A DNA stretch of 64,000 nucleotides from Chrysomallon squamiferum (taxonomy: Eukaryota > Animalia > Mollusca). Below the pieces are notes generated by a model, which was given only the letters and a program-made list of their open reading frames with translations, was not told the origin of the DNA and made no database searches. Below are positions 60,960 to 64,000 of this stretch, in pieces; the first letter of the stretch is position 1; each line of letters opens with the position of its first letter. The stretch is taken from NCBI GenBank assembly GCA_012295275.1, contig CM022669.1, positions 15,996,001 to 16,060,000 on the forward strand, read 5' to 3'. The position numbers and the translations under genes were made by a program.

Positions 60960-62479
60960 AATGAAAAACAATGCTGATATTTCCTCTGATTTTTTCACCT
61001 GTTTCTCTCCTCTTTGACATAGGAGTCGTACAAAAGTAACCGTCTAGTTTTACTCGTTTCTTCGTAATTTTGTTATTCACGGATTCAGGAGGAAAAAACG
61101 TTTTTCTTAAGTCATTTACGTAACAAACCTTTGCTATTGCAATTTAGATATCATTTAGAAATACTCTTTTCCGAAAACTAAAAATTATGAATCGGATCAA
61201 TACAAGATTAGATATTTTTTTTTAAATATTCATTCTGTATTCTATTTAAAGAGATCAGTTCCATTCCGTTTATTTTTCCACATAAACGCATCAGTTCCGC
61301 ATTCAGTTTTCCTCTCCTTTCTCTCTGTCCTTGTAACAGGAAAGTTAATAGCTAGAACCTATCATGTTTACGCACAAGAATCCTGCAATTTAATTAACAC
61401 GAATGTCCTATATTTAGTTACGTTTCTGAAACACTCTTTTGAAAAAACTTGTCTTTCTGCTTCTTTGTCTATTTGTCAACAAGCTTGTTACTAAATGCAT
61501 CACAGTTCTTTATAGTGCATCCACGTAAACAAATAACCACGCAACCATATTCTAATCCGGGCGTCTTCTCAGAGTTCAAATTCGATTCAGAACTGATTAA
61601 AGTGCTCATTAAAAATCGCACAACTGTTTTTAAACACACACATTTAGGTCAATGTTCTTTAAATAGAGTTATCCTTGCATTAAAGTTGAAAATCGGTTTA
61701 AGAAGTAAATCTGGTTTTTTATGTCTTTGCTTATCCGGCACAGATATGCTCTCAGTAATTAGAGATGTGTTATGGTTAAAGTATTAACAGTATTGACCAC
61801 ACTGTCATTAACTCCTTTCATCATATCTTTGAAAAGAAAAAAAATACGTTTTTAAAATATACTTTTGAAAAAACATTTTTTTCACCTTGCAGTCATCAGA
61901 GCTCTCTCTCGTAACTGTATGCAGATACAGAGTTCCTTTTCTGAAAGAATTTGAAAATAATCAGCTTTCTCTATCTTCTGTCCTTTTTTCTTCTTTTAAC
62001 ATTACCTTAACGACGATCTGTTCCTGATGAAACACAAGTTTAATTTGAATCCATTTATTACTCCGCAAAGTTCAAGAGATCAGCTGTAACGTAGAAGATG
62101 AAAACAATAACAACAATACATAATAATAAACACGTTATATTAATCTTCTGCATCGAGCGTCGAACCAAGGAGGATCCAGACATTTTCAAATACTTCACGT
62201 GCGGCCAGGAAGGTCAGCGAATAAGAAGTAACACGATTTTCCAACATAGTGAATGTTGTTAGTCCATTCAGTGATCCATTAATACACGAAATGTCTCCAT
62301 GTAAAAAAAAAAAAAAGCAATGCTATTTCATTTTCATCTCGCATTGGCCACTCGTTGTAAAAAAAATAAAATATTTAAAAATCGATCCTCTTTTCCTGTT
62401 ACCACTTCTTATTTCACTTTGAGATGATTCAAAAAAAAATGTTCATGGCATCTCTGTTACGTTTTTTTATTAGCCTAAT

Positions 62480-62770
62480 AAAATGTGCGCAACTTTTGGC
62501 GTCCGCTTTCACCACTCAAGAGCTAGCCAATCGCGACAGTCCTTGGACTCTCCGCTCTTCGTGACCAAATATATGCGATGTTAACTACGTTTCCGCGACC
62601 GTGCACTGGTGTCGTGTTCCGATGCCAGACATTGGATCTGGTTATCAGTCGCGGTTCGTAGACCATTCAATCTGTATCAGTTGATTCACCATTCCGTTAC
62701 AATGGCTCGACCAAATAGTCCTTTCATAAGCGCTTTGTAGATGCAAATGTCTGGTCTAGTATATATTTTT
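62480..62770 (-). promoter_or_regulatory. Putative promoter/5' end region for exon B
   Basis: Local CpG- and GC-enriched patch about 1.5-1.8 kb upstream of the exon B ATG, bordered by a minus-strand ATATATA at about 62766-62760. Compositional evidence only. Confidence 0.28.
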
Positions 62771-62848
62771 TTTTAATGGAGCGAATGATTAACAAGTCAC
62801 AAAAGGAATGAATGAAAAAGATATTAGTAATTCTTATTTCTTTCTTCA

Positions 62849-62919
<71 letters not shown>

Positions 62920-62961
62920 GTGCAAAAACATACAAAAAATATTCTTTCTCTTTCTCTGCTA

Positions 62962-63053
<92 letters not shown>

Positions 63054-63319
63054 CCGACATTTTTTTTTAATATTTGATCTTCTTTTTTCTTTCTACTTTT
63101 CTTTCGGGGGGTATGTTTGTCAAACATCTGATCCTTGCTAATGGAAAGAAGCTGTATTTTGAAACCGCAGTATATTTAATGTTCCTAGTAAATAATATTT
63201 TATAGAACAATGAAATAATTTACTTTAAAATGCATGAATAATCACAACAACAAAAAACACAACCTCTGCAGTTTCGTGATATATTATGATTAAGGTACTA
63301 AAACAACAACAATAACATC

Positions 63320-63354
<35 letters not shown>

Positions 63355-64000
63355 TGATCATTCTTATTAGTAGCATGATCGCATTATTATTATTTTTATT
63401 ATTTCTTTTTTTCAGCAATATTGAAACACTGGAATAAAAAAAAAAAAAATTTGTTCCTATAACCGCTTATGAGCTGCTCCGAAATTGGAGATATATGAAA
63501 TTGGACGAATTGCGTGCAATGTTATAACATAATGTATAAAATGTCACATATCTGGGTGTTTTGGTTTTTTTTTTAGAGGGTTTTTTTATTTTTTTTTTTT
63601 TTCAGTGAACACATTTAAATCGATTTCCTTCAGTTATAAATAAGTTTTGTATTGTCATTATGACCCATGAACAAAAATCTCACTTTATTTCCGTTCTATC
63701 TGGGGTTTTTTTTTTTAATTCTTTTGTTTTCTCTGATTTTCTTTTATATTTTTCGCACTGCTTCTTTGTCCGATTTTCCTTTTTCTTTAATTTATTTTTT
63801 TCTCTCTCTTTTTCACTATTTTCGCTGTTTTTCTCACTCGTTTTCTGTATTTCTGTCTTTGTTTTTCATTCTTTATTTTTCGAATTTTTTATTTCTATAC
63901 CTATTTTATTATTTATTTTTTATTCTTGGGGGGTTTTGGGGGTTTTTTTTTGTTCTTTGTTTCTATCGTTCATTATCTGAATTTGTCTATGTATTTGTCT

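Noticed and set aside
60960-60998. GTG start given by the ORF track for exon B, and TTG at 22163 for exon A
   Set aside because: Prokaryote-style starts; the first in-frame ATGs (60959 and 22151) were used instead.

Overview
AT-rich, microsatellite-dense animal genomic DNA with long introns. The repeat spectrum suggests a mollusc, possibly a cephalopod, but this is inference. All convincing protein-coding sequence is on the minus strand and belongs to a rhodopsin-class peptide-type GPCR resembling the NPR-15-like orphan receptors. There is one 3' coding exon (130-868; ICL2, TM4-TM7, C-tail) but two intact, paralogous 5' coding exons (A: 21718-22151; B: 60499-60959; N-terminus plus TM1-TM3). 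Both end at the same phase-2 donor inside the Arg of the ERF motif. No second TM4-7 exon is visible in the 38 kb between B and A. The simplest reading is a 'variable first exon + constant exon' receptor locus, as in UGT1A or clustered protocadherins. Nesting, an orphan exon or an assembly artefact cannot be excluded from this window. The window also holds an intact tRNA-Ser(GCT), an 81-bp mariner-type MITE, a decayed SGNH-hydrolase fragment of a probable tyrosine-recombinase retrotransposon, several 120-150 bp tandem duplications, a GATA-derived minisatellite and many microsatellites. Almost all other ORFs in the track are repeat artefacts.
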